Origin: an uncultured Candidatus Saccharimonas sp.
GTDB taxonomy: Bacteria > Patescibacteriota > Saccharimonadia > Saccharimonadales > Saccharimonadaceae
Reading direction: 5' to 3'
Length of the DNA: 32,000 bases
NCBI GenBank assembly: GCA_963528875.1
Contig: CAURWT010000001.1
Location: 1 to 32,000 of the forward strand
Shown here piece after piece: positions 1-7,223 of the stretch. Positions within the stretch are counted from its first letter, which is position 1, and each line of letters opens with the position of its first letter. The position numbers and the translations under genes were made by a program. Under the pieces are notes generated by a model, which was not told where the DNA came from, searched no databases, and saw nothing but the letters and a program-made list of their open reading frames with translations.

Positions 1-100
1 TTGATAATCTATAAAATAGACTGACGATAAATTTGCACAATTAAATTGTTAAAGTGTTCGCTAAACTCCGTTTTTTACTCCATTTGTTTAACGCTATACT

Positions 101-129
101 ATTTTACCTAATTTTTTTTATAATGTCAA
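101..129 (-). promoter_or_regulatory. sigma70-type promoter TTGACA-17-TAAAAT firing toward the window start
   Basis: tgtcaa at 124-129 and atttta at 101-106 on the plus strand. No ORF of 60 aa or more lies downstream within the window. Confidence 0.5.
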
Positions 130-160
130 CAGTTTTTTGGGACTTTTTTAAAGTTTTTTC

Positions 161-189
161 AAAAAATAAAACCCCACATTTTTGCGAGG
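161..189 (-). terminator. intrinsic terminator of ORF 217-561
   Basis: Minus-sense ccucgc/gugggg stem (two G-U pairs, so minus-sense only) followed by uuuuauuuuuu. Confidence 0.6.
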
Positions 190-216
190 TTTAAGGTTTT
201 TTTCGAAATACAAAAA

Positions 217-561
217 TTATTCAAGAAAGGTCAAGCTACGATATCCGATAAAACCACCATCTTCACCATATGCACATTGACAAACTAACAATAAATCAGA
301 AATTGTCCGGCCTTCAGCTCTTGCAGCATGCACAATATTAAGATTTACAATATAGAATATACCAACCTTAAAGGGCGGTAAATCTCTTATTTTAATAGAT
401 TTAACCTTTGTGACTGGAACTCCTCCAAGTGTCCCATTTCTAGAAATTTTAATCTCCATTTCAGGATTGCGTTTTGGCTCAATATTTAATATAGTCACAT
501 TGTCTTCATTTACAATATTAATTGGATGCTGTGTAAGATTAGAGATTTCAATATTGGTCAT
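217..561 (-). CDS. hypothetical protein, 114 aa, soluble
   Basis: ATG ORF (MTNIEISNLTQHP...). Minus-sense hairpin plus U-tract follows at 161-189 and a consensus promoter lies upstream at 716-743. No family recognised by eye. Confidence 0.6.
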   Translation of the reverse strand: MTNIEISNLTQHPINIVNEDNVTILNIEPKRNPEMEIKISRNGTLGGVPVTKVKSIKIRDLPPFKVGIFYIVNLNIVHAARAEGRTISDLLLVCQCAYGEDGGFIGYRSLTFLE

Positions 562-595
562 TATTATGACCTACTTTTTCTATTTTTTGCTTTTC

Positions 596-631
596 GGCAC
601 CGAATCTATAATTTTTTATAGACTCAGCGCC
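596..631 (-). promoter_or_regulatory. 15-bp RNA hairpin in the leader of ORF 217-561
   Basis: 12 Watson-Crick pairs plus 3 positions (599/628, 601/626, 604/623). Those three are G-U wobbles in the minus-sense RNA but A-C mismatches in the plus-sense RNA. 6-nt loop, no U-tract. Confidence 0.6.
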
Positions 632-663
632 AAAAAGCAAATTTCAAAAGAGTTTTTTAGCTT

Positions 664-712
664 TCGAAAAATAAAATGTACGAATTATAAATTTTAAAAG
701 CTCAATCCGTAC
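664..712 (-). terminator. intrinsic terminator after lysS (also the first structure transcribed from promoter 716-743)
   Basis: 9-bp stem 678-686/704-712 (one G-U, minus sense only) followed by auuuuauuuuu. Confidence 0.65.
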
Positions 713-715
713 ATT

Positions 716-743
716 ATTTTAACATATTTCTTTAAAAAGTCAA
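716..743 (-). promoter_or_regulatory. promoter TTGACT-16-TAAAAT (TGn extended -10), immediately after the lysS stop
   Basis: agtcaa at 738-743 and atttta at 716-721 on the plus strand. Contains the recurring TTGACTTTTTA. Confidence 0.6.
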
Positions 744-747
744 TACA

Positions 748-2259
748 CTAGAGATTTAACTCCGGGTAGATGTCTTTCGTAATTTCTGAGATTTCATGCT
801 TTAATTGTGGAAAGGGCACACCTTCACGAGCAGTAACCCCTTCGAAAATCCAAAAGACACGCTCTGAATATCCCATTCCACAAGCTGGTGGCATTCCGTA
901 TTCCAGCATTTCAACATAATCAATATCAAGCATCATCGCTTCATCATCACCGTTATCTCGCATTTTTTGTTGTTCAATAAAACGATTCAGCTGATCAATT
1001 GGATCATTTAATTCACTAAATAAATTACATAACTCTGAACCTGCAATCACAACTTGTGCTCGCTGCGTCATTTCTGGTGAATCTGGGTGAGTCTTTGCGA
1101 GTGGTGAAATAAATGTCGGCGTATTAACCAACCAAATTGGCCCAACAACATCTTTTCGAATATTTTTCCACAGTTTATCAATTCCACGGGCTTTATTTTC
1201 AGTCTGTTCAACTTCTAAATTATTAGCTTTCAAAGCCGTTTTAACTTCTTCAAGCGAACAAGTATAGGGATTTAAACCATATCGTTTTTCAATAGTTTCA
1301 GCATAATCCCATTCTTCCCACTTTTTCGAAAGGTCAACATCAAAATTACCAAGCTTGAATTGTAAAGTTCCAAAAGTTTGCTCCAGAACATATTTAAACA
1401 TCTCTTCTTGAAATTTCAAACCATCTCGCCAATCCCAGTAAGCCACATACCATTCCATCGCAATATGCTCGGGCAAATGTTCATCTGAATAATTTTCATT
1501 TCGAAAACGCGGACCAAGATCATACACTTTTTCAAAACCAGCACCAAGCAAACGCTTTAACGGCAACTCATGACTAATTCGAAGATAAAATTGGGCGTTA
1601 TCAAGTGCATCCATATGTGTTACGAATGGATTAGCATCAGCCCCACCAGTTGTATGTTCAAGAACAGGAATATTAATTTCAAAAAAACCCCTTGCGTTCA
1701 AAAAATCGCGTGTCGCTTGCCAGAACTTCGAACGGCGCACAAAACGGTCACGAACTTCAATATTTACATTCATATCAACATAACGCCTTCGAAAACGTTC
1801 TTCCTTATTCGTAAAACCATCTTGCTCAGTTGGCATTGGGCGAAGAGATTTAGAAAGAAGCTTTAGCTCTTGTGTTTCAACTGATATTTCACCAGTTTTC
1901 GAACGAATCACTTTTCCATTTGCCTGAACAAAATCGCCAACATCAAGTAGGTTTAGATCTTTCAAACCGATTAAATTCTGCTCTTTCGAGGTTTCAGCTA
2001 GATTTTGAGCCGTAATAAAAAGCTGAATTTTTCCTGAAAAATCCCGCAAAACAATAAAAGCAAGTTTTCCAAATTTGCGAATTCCAGCGATTCGCCCAGC
2101 AATTTTCACTTCTCGACCTTCCATTTTTTCGAAATTATTCACAATTTCGCCAGCCATTGCCGTTCGTTCGGTTTTGGCAGGATATGGATTTAGCCCAAAA
2201 TTTTTAATTTCTTCTAATTTTCTTAATCGTTCTTCGCGTAGTTCTTTCATTGTAGCCAT
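748..2259 (-). CDS. lysS: lysine--tRNA ligase (class II)
   Basis: Typical LysRS N-terminus (KELREERLRKLEEIKNFGLNPYP), OB-fold region and class II core. The track start at 2280 lies inside the predicted -10 (TAAAAT, 2271-2276), so ATG 2259 (MATMKEL) or 2250 is preferred. Confidence 0.95.
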   Translation of the reverse strand: MATMKELREERLRKLEEIKNFGLNPYPAKTERTAMAGEIVNNFEKMEGREVKIAGRIAGIRKFGKLAFIVLRDFSGKIQLFITAQNLAETSKEQNLIGLKDLNLLDVGDFVQANGKVIRSKTGEISVETQELKLLSKSLRPMPTEQDGFTNKEERFRRRYVDMNVNIEVRDRFVRRSKFWQATRDFLNARGFFEINIPVLEHTTGGADANPFVTHMDALDNAQFYLRISHELPLKRLLGAGFEKVYDLGPRFRNENYSDEHLPEHIAMEWYVAYWDWRDGLKFQEEMFKYVLEQTFGTLQFKLGNFDVDLSKKWEEWDYAETIEKRYGLNPYTCSLEEVKTALKANNLEVEQTENKARGIDKLWKNIRKDVVGPIWLVNTPTFISPLAKTHPDSPEMTQRAQVVIAGSELCNLFSELNDPIDQLNRFIEQQKMRDNGDDEAMMLDIDYVEMLEYGMPPACGMGYSERVFWIFEGVTAREGVPFPQLKHEISEITKDIYPELNL

Positions 2260-2270
2260 AATTAACTCAT

Positions 2271-2299
2271 ATTTTAGCATATTTTCATTTTTTTTTCAA
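2271..2299 (-). promoter_or_regulatory. lysS promoter TTGAAA-17-TAAAAT with TGn
   Basis: -10 at 2271-2276 and -35 at 2294-2299. ATG 2259 is 11 nt from the -10 with no SD. Confidence 0.65.
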
Positions 2300-2314
2300 T
2301 TTTATAAAAAATAC

Positions 2315-2343
2315 TTGACTTTTTTATTTTTTAGTGATATTAT
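2315..2343 (+). promoter_or_regulatory. promoter TTGACT-17-TATTAT with TGn
   Basis: Read directly from the sequence. Drives the 38-aa peptide ORF. Confidence 0.7.
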
Positions 2344-2384
2344 ATAAAAATCAGTCCACGGACTTAAAAACAGGAGGAATGCCA

Positions 2385-2501
2385 ATGGCAGAAAATGCAG
2401 TACATTCATCAACCGGTGGTCGCCCACATCAATCTCAGCAGAAACAAGAAATTTCAACATCTAATAGAGTTCCCCATTGGGACTCGGCTGAAGAGAGATA
2501 G
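2385..2501 (+). CDS. small hydrophilic peptide, 38 aa (MAENAVHSSTGGRPHQSQQKQEISTSNRVPHWDSAEER)
   Basis: Not in the ORF track (too short). AGGAGG at 2372-2377 lies 7 nt before ATG 2385. It has its own consensus promoter at 2315-2343 and a perfect hairpin terminator at 2519-2548. Confidence 0.5.
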   Translation: MAENAVHSSTGGRPHQSQQKQEISTSNRVPHWDSAEER

Positions 2502-2518
2502 AAACTGCTGCCCATTCA

Positions 2519-2548
2519 CCCTCGAAAATTTTCGAGGGCTTTTTATTT
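2519..2548 (+). terminator. intrinsic terminator of the 38-aa peptide gene
   Basis: Perfect palindrome ccctcgaaaattttcgaggg followed by cttttt. Confidence 0.8.
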
Positions 2549-2575
2549 GACTTTATTTATTTTTTATGTTATTAT
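2547..2575 (+). promoter_or_regulatory. promoter TTGACT-17-TATTAT with TGn
   Basis: Near-duplicate of the 2315-2343 promoter. Drives ORF 2619-2876. Confidence 0.7.
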
Positions 2576-2618
2576 AGTAAAATCCTATAGCCGAAAGGCT
2601 TAAAATTGGAGGCACTTT

Positions 2619-2876
2619 ATGTTTCTTAGACACGACATTGTTCAGGTCCTGTTTAGCAAAGATTCAAGAGGTAACTCTTGTATAACTTTTGCAACAATAA
2701 AAAAAGTCTTACCAGAACAAGGATGCGCTATTCTCGAAGGAGTAATATCTTTTCGGGGGAAATTTCCGCTTAAAGCTTCAGAATATGCATCCACCGTAGA
2801 AGAGGATGCGAAAATTCCGCTCAAGAGGCTTGTAAGAATTAATAAAAATGATATACCTCCCTCTTGTCCATTATAG
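2619..2876 (+). CDS. hypothetical protein, 85 aa
   Basis: Consensus promoter at 2547-2575, GGAGG at 2608-2612 lying 6 nt before ATG 2619, terminator at 2900-2925. The antisense frame (2642-2911) is also open, so strand and coding status are uncertain. Confidence 0.45.
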   Translation: MFLRHDIVQVLFSKDSRGNSCITFATIKKVLPEQGCAILEGVISFRGKFPLKASEYASTVEEDAKIPLKRLVRINKNDIPPSCPL

Positions 2877-2899
2877 AATAGACTAGCACAAAAATAGCC

Positions 2900-2925
2900 A
2901 AAAACCCGCATCTTTGCGGGTTTTA
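2900..2925. terminator. bidirectional terminator between ORF 2619-2876 and glgP
   Basis: aaaaacccgca-tctt-tgcgggtttt. A-tract and T-tract flank a GC-rich stem. Confidence 0.8.
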
Positions 2926-2931
2926 AAATTA

Positions 2932-4686
2932 TTATTTTCCAAAAATCAATCGCAAATAATCTTTCATCATTCTAGAGCCAGAGATCACGGGAACATAACC
3001 TTTTAGCTGTTTTCGAATTTGTTTTTCAAGCAAATAATCATCTTTAAAAATCTGCCCAGCCCGATTCATTTGAAGATACAAAGACTTCAATTCGTCATTA
3101 TAATTTGCACCGCTAACTTCCAAGCAAGGCGCTGGCGAAATATCCGCAACACCACCATCGGCCGTTGAAATTAACATTTTAAGATTTGCTAAATCTTTCA
3201 TAAACGAAGTTCCACAAGCTTCTAGCCCAACAATTGGCACATTTATCGAAACATCTGAACCAACAGCCAAAGCTAAGCCTAATTCTTCATCATAATCTTG
3301 AATAAAATGAACCCTTTCACGCAAGAAATCATCTGATTCAATTTTCGAAAGTACAGAATTTAGAGTAGCTCGCATTTCAGTATCGCCTTGATGAACTTTT
3401 CCCGCCAAAATATAATGAGCGTTATTTTCTCGTAAAATTCGGCGAAGCTCTTCCATGTTTTCAAAAGGCATCCAAGGACGTTTATAAGATACAAATCGCC
3501 GTTTGAAGTCAAAGAGCGTCGCATTTTCAGGGATTTGCACCACATGGCCATATTGATCTTTTCTATGGGCTAAAATCTGGTTTAGCTTTCTTCGACCAAT
3601 CTTTCGAAAATCTCGAATATCTTTTGCACTAATTTTTGCTAAATTTTCTTTATAATTCTCTGTTGGTAGGTCAAATTTATCAAAAATATCTTTATTTCGA
3701 AAATCTTCTAAAATCTCAGGCAAAACCCAAGTTGGTAAATCAATTCCATTCGTTACAGCTTTAAATTTAATTTTATCTCCATTAATATCATGGTAATCTG
3801 CAACATTTGCGTGAAGCCGCGAAACACCATTTTTTGCTTCAGCGAGCTCAATCGTAAGTGTTGAAAGCTTCAGCCTGTCATTTCGAAAAAGCCCAAAAAT
3901 CCAGGTTTTCAACGCTGAAGATTCGATGTTTGGCATTACAATTCGGTTAAATTGGTCAAAAGAAAATTCACTTTCTGCTGCTTGAACTAAAGTGTGGTTT
4001 GTGTAAAGTGTATGTTTTCGAACATAAACAATCGCTTCATAAAGATTCATTCCATTTCGAACGAGCTCATCAAGCCGAGCAACGGCTGCAAAAATCGTGG
4101 CGGTCTCATTCAATTGAATAACTGAAGGCTTTAATCCAACCATCTTCAACGCTTTATAACCACCAAAGCCGAGTGAGACTTCTTGATAGAGCCTGTGGTC
4201 GCCAGAGCCATCTCCAGCATAAAGCTCGCCAAAGTTACTCTCACCCATTGTCAAAAATCGTGTTGAGCCAAGAATTTTTTGAAAAATATTTAGGCGTGCT
4301 GGTGGCATATTTTCAGTGTAAATTTCAACATCATCAAGATATTCAAAACCAAACTCCTCAGGGTTTACTGAAATAAATTCTTCTCGTTGGTCAAGATTAT
4401 GGATTGATTGATGAAGCTCTCTTCGATAAAACGGCGTCACGCAAACAAATGGGATTTCAAGCTTTTCAGCTACTCGCCGAGTATCAGCCGCCAAAACGCC
4501 CAAGCCACCGCCACCTTTAATGCCGTTGCTTTTGTCATAAACCTCCATCGTAAAATAAACATAAGGGCGTTCGGGCGATAATTTTTTAGTTAAATTCGCA
4601 CGCTCAATTGCATCATAGAATTCACTTACATCTTCAATATTTTGGCCAACTCGCCGTCGGTTGATCTTTTCGAAATAATTTTCCAC
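2932..4686 (-). CDS. glgP: alpha-glucan (glycogen/maltodextrin) phosphorylase family protein, GT35
   Basis: Motifs YFTMEV...GGGGLGVLAADTRR, VTNGIDLPTW and FKRRFVSYKRP (PLP-lysine region). The track TTG start at 4728 overlaps the predicted -10 elements, so GTG at 4686 or 4689 after AAGGA is preferred. Confidence 0.9.
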   Translation of the reverse strand: MENYFEKINRRRVGQNIEDVSEFYDAIERANLTKKLSPERPYVYFTMEVYDKSNGIKGGGGLGVLAADTRRVAEKLEIPFVCVTPFYRRELHQSIHNLDQREEFISVNPEEFGFEYLDDVEIYTENMPPARLNIFQKILGSTRFLTMGESNFGELYAGDGSGDHRLYQEVSLGFGGYKALKMVGLKPSVIQLNETATIFAAVARLDELVRNGMNLYEAIVYVRKHTLYTNHTLVQAAESEFSFDQFNRIVMPNIESSALKTWIFGLFRNDRLKLSTLTIELAEAKNGVSRLHANVADYHDINGDKIKFKAVTNGIDLPTWVLPEILEDFRNKDIFDKFDLPTENYKENLAKISAKDIRDFRKIGRRKLNQILAHRKDQYGHVVQIPENATLFDFKRRFVSYKRPWMPFENMEELRRILRENNAHYILAGKVHQGDTEMRATLNSVLSKIESDDFLRERVHFIQDYDEELGLALAVGSDVSINVPIVGLEACGTSFMKDLANLKMLISTADGGVADISPAPCLEVSGANYNDELKSLYLQMNRAGQIFKDDYLLEKQIRKQLKGYVPVISGSRMMKDYLRLIFGK

Positions 4687-4718
4687 CACTTTTCCTTTTA
4701 AATTATTCTTATGCTTAT

Positions 4719-4746
4719 ATTTTACCAAATTTTACATTTTTTCGCA
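4719..4746 (-). promoter_or_regulatory. glgP promoter TTGCGA-16-TAAAAT with TGn (an alternative TTGTCA-18-TAAAAT lies 9 nt upstream)
   Basis: Two overlapping candidates. Both place the TTG codon at 4728 upstream of the transcription start. Confidence 0.5.
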
Positions 4747-4751
4747 AATTA

Positions 4752-4780
4752 TTGACAAATATTTTTTAATGTTGTACAAT
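4752..4780 (+). promoter_or_regulatory. promoter TTGACA-17-TACAAT
   Basis: Drives the paralogous small ORF pair at 4811-5369. Confidence 0.65.
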
Positions 4781-4810
4781 TTTGTATATTCTATATTTGG
4801 GGGTACATTT

Positions 4811-5116
4811 ATGACATATCATGATCACTCAAAAGATGATGAAGGCTTTGGAGGTTGCATATTAGCTATTGCCCTCTTCTTTGCAATATTGTTATTGGCG
4901 TTTCTATTTGGAAGTTCAACAGTTTCATCGAAAAAGGAAATTATAGTCGAAAACAGCAACCTTACTAGCTATACGGAAGCTGCTGAAAAATTAAAGTTAA
5001 GCTATAAGATAAAAAATTCTGGAGATAAGAAAAAAAATAATTATTTCTTTCTCAGAATAACTCATTTCGGAAGTCAGTTTATTCTATTTGGAGGTAACTT
5101 TTATGCAAAGCAATAA
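4811..5116 (+). CDS. small N-terminally membrane-anchored protein, paralog of 5103-5369
   Basis: Promoter at 4752-4780 and a G-rich RBS 7 nt before ATG 4811. TM segment is ILAIALFFAILLLAFLF. The C-terminal NLTSYTEAAEKLKLSYKIKNSGD aligns with the next ORF. The track start at 4769 lies inside the promoter. Confidence 0.5.
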   Translation: MTYHDHSKDDEGFGGCILAIALFFAILLLAFLFGSSTVSSKKEIIVENSNLTSYTEAAEKLKLSYKIKNSGDKKKNNYFFLRITHFGSQFILFGGNFYAKQ

Positions 5117-5369
5117 ACAAGGTAGTAAACCATCTCTATTGTTTATATTACTTGTTATTTCTTCTATATTCTATATCTATAAAGCTTTAGCAATAGATTC
5201 AAGAATAATTAATGATAGTAATATAAAAGGTGAAATTATAAAAAAAGGTAATTCATTCACCGTTAATAATAATCAATTAAAAGAATATATGGACGTTCTT
5301 GATAACCTAGAGATAAATTATACGCTTAAAAAAAGTGGTGATAGCACTAATATTAATATCAACAGATAA
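5103..5369 (+). CDS. small N-terminally membrane-anchored protein, paralog of 4811-5116
   Basis: GGAGG precedes ATG 5103. TM segment is LLFILLVISSIFYIY. C-terminal motif is NQLKEYMDVLDNLEINYTLKKSGD. Hairpin terminator at 5373-5401. Confidence 0.55.
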   Translation: MQSNKQGSKPSLLFILLVISSIFYIYKALAIDSRIINDSNIKGEIIKKGNSFTVNNNQLKEYMDVLDNLEINYTLKKSGDSTNININR

Positions 5370-5372
5370 TTA

Positions 5373-5401
5373 AGTCGGTCTTATGACTGACTTTTTCTTT
5401 T
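5373..5401 (+). terminator. terminator of the small-ORF pair
   Basis: agtcggtc/gactgact stem (one G-U in the plus sense) followed by ttttcttttt. Confidence 0.65.
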
Positions 5402-5402
5402 T

Positions 5403-5441
5403 CGAAAAAATAAAATCACCTTTCGAAATGAAAAGTGATTT
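5403..5441 (-). terminator. rpsP terminator
   Basis: Minus-sense aaucac...gugauu stem followed by uuauuuuuu. Confidence 0.6.
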
Positions 5442-5448
5442 TTTGGTT

Positions 5449-5787
5449 TTAAGCTTCTTCGGCAACTTCTTCTTTTGGTTGGTTGCGGCGAAGTTTTTCA
5501 GCGTTTTTAATTGCACGAGTTTTTTGTGCAGGTTTTTTAACCCATTTTGGCATTTCAATTCCCGCTTCTTCCAAAAGTTTTACAACTCGTGGAGTTGGCT
5601 GAGCACCGTTATAAAGATATTTTTCAGCTAATTCTTTTTCGATTTTAGCTTCTTTTGTATGTGGGTTATATGAACCAACATAGCTAACTACGCGCCCACT
5701 CGACGGATGCCGATGCGCTTCCTGAACCGCCACGCGATAAACAGGATAACCTTTGCGACCTAATCGCTGTAATCTGATTGCTAGCAT
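5449..5787 (-). CDS. rpsP: 30S ribosomal protein S16 with a K/E-rich C-terminal extension
   Basis: MLAIRLQRLGRKGYPVYRVAVQEA... is the canonical bS16 N-terminus. Promoter at 5827-5855, terminator at 5403-5441. Confidence 0.95.
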   Translation of the reverse strand: MLAIRLQRLGRKGYPVYRVAVQEAHRHPSSGRVVSYVGSYNPHTKEAKIEKELAEKYLYNGAQPTPRVVKLLEEAGIEMPKWVKKPAQKTRAIKNAEKLRRNQPKEEVAEEA

Positions 5788-5826
5788 TTAGATTATTTCC
5801 CTTTTATTAACTTTTATAGCTTTTCT

Positions 5827-5855
5827 ATTTTAACAAATTTTATAAAAAAAATCAA
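5827..5855 (-). promoter_or_regulatory. rpsP promoter TTGATT-17-TAAAAT with TGn
   Basis: Read on the minus strand. An AAGGGA RBS follows. Confidence 0.65.
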
Positions 5856-5871
5856 GAGCTATTTATAAACA

Positions 5872-5900
5872 TTGACTTTTTATTAAAATCATGTTATAAT
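5872..5900 (+). promoter_or_regulatory. promoter TTGACT-17-TATAAT with TGn
   Basis: Contains TTGACTTTTTA. Drives ORF 5933-6292. Confidence 0.7.
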
Positions 5901-5932
5901 TTTGAAAGTTTAGTACATTTGGAGGGTGAAAG

Positions 5933-6292
5933 ATGAAATTTTCAAAAGAAAAATGGGCAGAAACAAAACTTAGCTGGCAAAGATATGGCGGCGAGTATAT
6001 GGCCCTTATGTTCTGTGGCTTACTTTTTCTTACGGTAGTTTGTTTTTTTGTGATCTGCCCTATCGTGAACTATTTTCATGAAAATGAAATAAGTTCAATA
6101 AAAACCGAGCTCCTTCGAAAGATTGACGGCAGCTCTGCGACTTTGGAGTTCTCAAACGAGAATGAAGCCAAAAAAGCAGAATTAAACCTTGAAGAGATTT
6201 CGAAAAAGGATAATATTCATTTTAAGGATATTAAACTTTCAAGAAAAGGTGAAAAATTCGAAATCAAAGTTTATTTCAAAAGCGCAAACTAA
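5933..6292 (+). CDS. small membrane-anchored hypothetical protein, 119 aa
   Basis: Consensus promoter at 5872-5900, GGAGGG at 5921-5926, one TM segment (ALMFCGLLFLTVVCFFVICPIV), terminator at 6281-6308. Confidence 0.55.
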   Translation: MKFSKEKWAETKLSWQRYGGEYMALMFCGLLFLTVVCFFVICPIVNYFHENEISSIKTELLRKIDGSSATLEFSNENEAKKAELNLEEISKKDNIHFKDIKLSRKGEKFEIKVYFKSAN

Positions 6293-6308
6293 ATTGCGCT
6301 TTTCTTTA
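6281..6308. terminator. bidirectional terminator between ORF 5933-6292 and rimK
   Basis: agcgcaa/ttgcgct stem with T-runs on both strands. Confidence 0.65.
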
Positions 6309-7223
6309 TGCTCCAATTTTATCTTTTTTATTACCGCGTTTTGCATTTCGCTCGATATAATCAATAATTTTACCTGCAACATCGCGATATGTCACTTTCT
6401 CGATTCCGAAACCTGGGCTAGCATTAACCTCCAAAACCAACGGACCACGCGCCGAACGCATTAAATCAACGCCTGCAACTGTTAAGCCCATCGCCTTCGC
6501 CGCCCGAACCGCCATTCGCTTTTCTTCAGGTGTAAGTTTAATTGGCTCACCTAATCCGCCTTTGTGTAAATTCGAACGAAAATCATCATCCAAACTCTGC
6601 CGCTTCATACTTGCCACTACTTGAGAACCAACTACAAAGGCTCGAATATCTGTTCCCGCCGACTCTTTAATAAATTCTTGCAAAAGAACGTTTGTTCCGT
6701 CTGAATTTGTTAAATAGAAAGCTTGAAGCACCGATTTTGCAGCCTTTTTAGTTTCCGCTAAAACTACACCATTTCCGTGAGTTCCGCGAGCAAGCTTAAT
6801 AATTGCGGGCGTTCCGCCAATTTCTTCTAAAAGGTCATCAATATCGTTTGAATTTCGAGAAAACACCGTTTTAGGGATTGAAACGCCATATTTTGCCATA
6901 ATTTGAGTTGAACGTAACTTATCACGAGCACGTGTGATTGCTATCGAACGATTCACAAAAAATGCTCGTGGATAAGCTGTTTCTAGTTGGCGAACTACGG
7001 ACGTGCCGTATTCAGTCATATGGCTAGCAATTCGTGGAATAAAGGCATCGAATTTACCAATATTCTCACCGTCATACATAACTTTTGGATTTTTTTCATC
7101 GATCGAAACATAGCATTTTTTATAAGCGATTATCTCAACATCATGACCACGCTTCTCTGCTTCTTCTCGTAATCGTTTTGTTGAGTAATTCCCTGGCCCA
7201 TTCGACAAAATTGCAATTCTCAT
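6306..7223 (-). CDS. rimK: RimK-family alpha-L-glutamate ligase (ATP-grasp)
   Basis: Similar along its full length, from memory, to E. coli RimK (MRIAILS..KRLREEAEKRGH, ARDKLRS, DFRSNLHKGG, GPLVLEVNASPG). ATG 7223 overlaps the upstream stop as TAATG. The track start at 7250 is an in-frame extension into the upstream gene. Confidence 0.9.
   Translation of the reverse strand: MRIAILSNGPGNYSTKRLREEAEKRGHDVEIIAYKKCYVSIDEKNPKVMYDGENIGKFDAFIPRIASHMTEYGTSVVRQLETAYPRAFFVNRSIAITRARDKLRSTQIMAKYGVSIPKTVFSRNSNDIDDLLEEIGGTPAIIKLARGTHGNGVVLAETKKAAKSVLQAFYLTNSDGTNVLLQEFIKESAGTDIRAFVVGSQVVASMKRQSLDDDFRSNLHKGGLGEPIKLTPEEKRMAVRAAKAMGLTVAGVDLMRSARGPLVLEVNASPGFGIEKVTYRDVAGKIIDYIERNAKRGNKKDKIGA

Noticed and set aside
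410-697. Track ORFs antisense to or overlapping confident genes. Examples: 410-697, 1570-1866, 2075-2347, 3360-3551, 4173-4376, 6987-7172, 9702-9926, 9844-10044, 11245-11460, 12451-12795, 13353-13550, 15709-15927, 16814-17026, 19982-20173, 21053-21286, 23032-23367, 25377-25571, 29827-30189, 31293-31694.
   Set aside because: All lie inside, or mostly inside, genes with clear homology in another frame or strand. They lack promoters and RBS, and their low-complexity translations are typical of shadow ORFs.
2642-2911. Minus-strand 89-aa ORF with a signal-peptide-like segment.
   Set aside because: Its only start codon sits in the loop of the 2900-2925 terminator hairpin. It has no promoter or RBS, whereas the plus-strand ORF has a full promoter/RBS/terminator set. 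It is kept as an open question in the findings rather than called.
4726-4728. TTG at 4728 as the glgP start; likewise 2280 for lysS, 25816 for obg, 7250 for rimK, 9801 for the nudix gene and 16157 for ligA.
   Set aside because: These upstream starts fall within predicted -10/-35 elements or inside the preceding gene. Downstream starts fit the promoters, RBS and family N-termini better.
5370-5631. ORFs 5370-5558 (minus strand) and 5383-5631 (plus strand).
   Set aside because: They span the two terminators and the 3' end of rpsP, with low-complexity K/F-rich translations. They look spurious.
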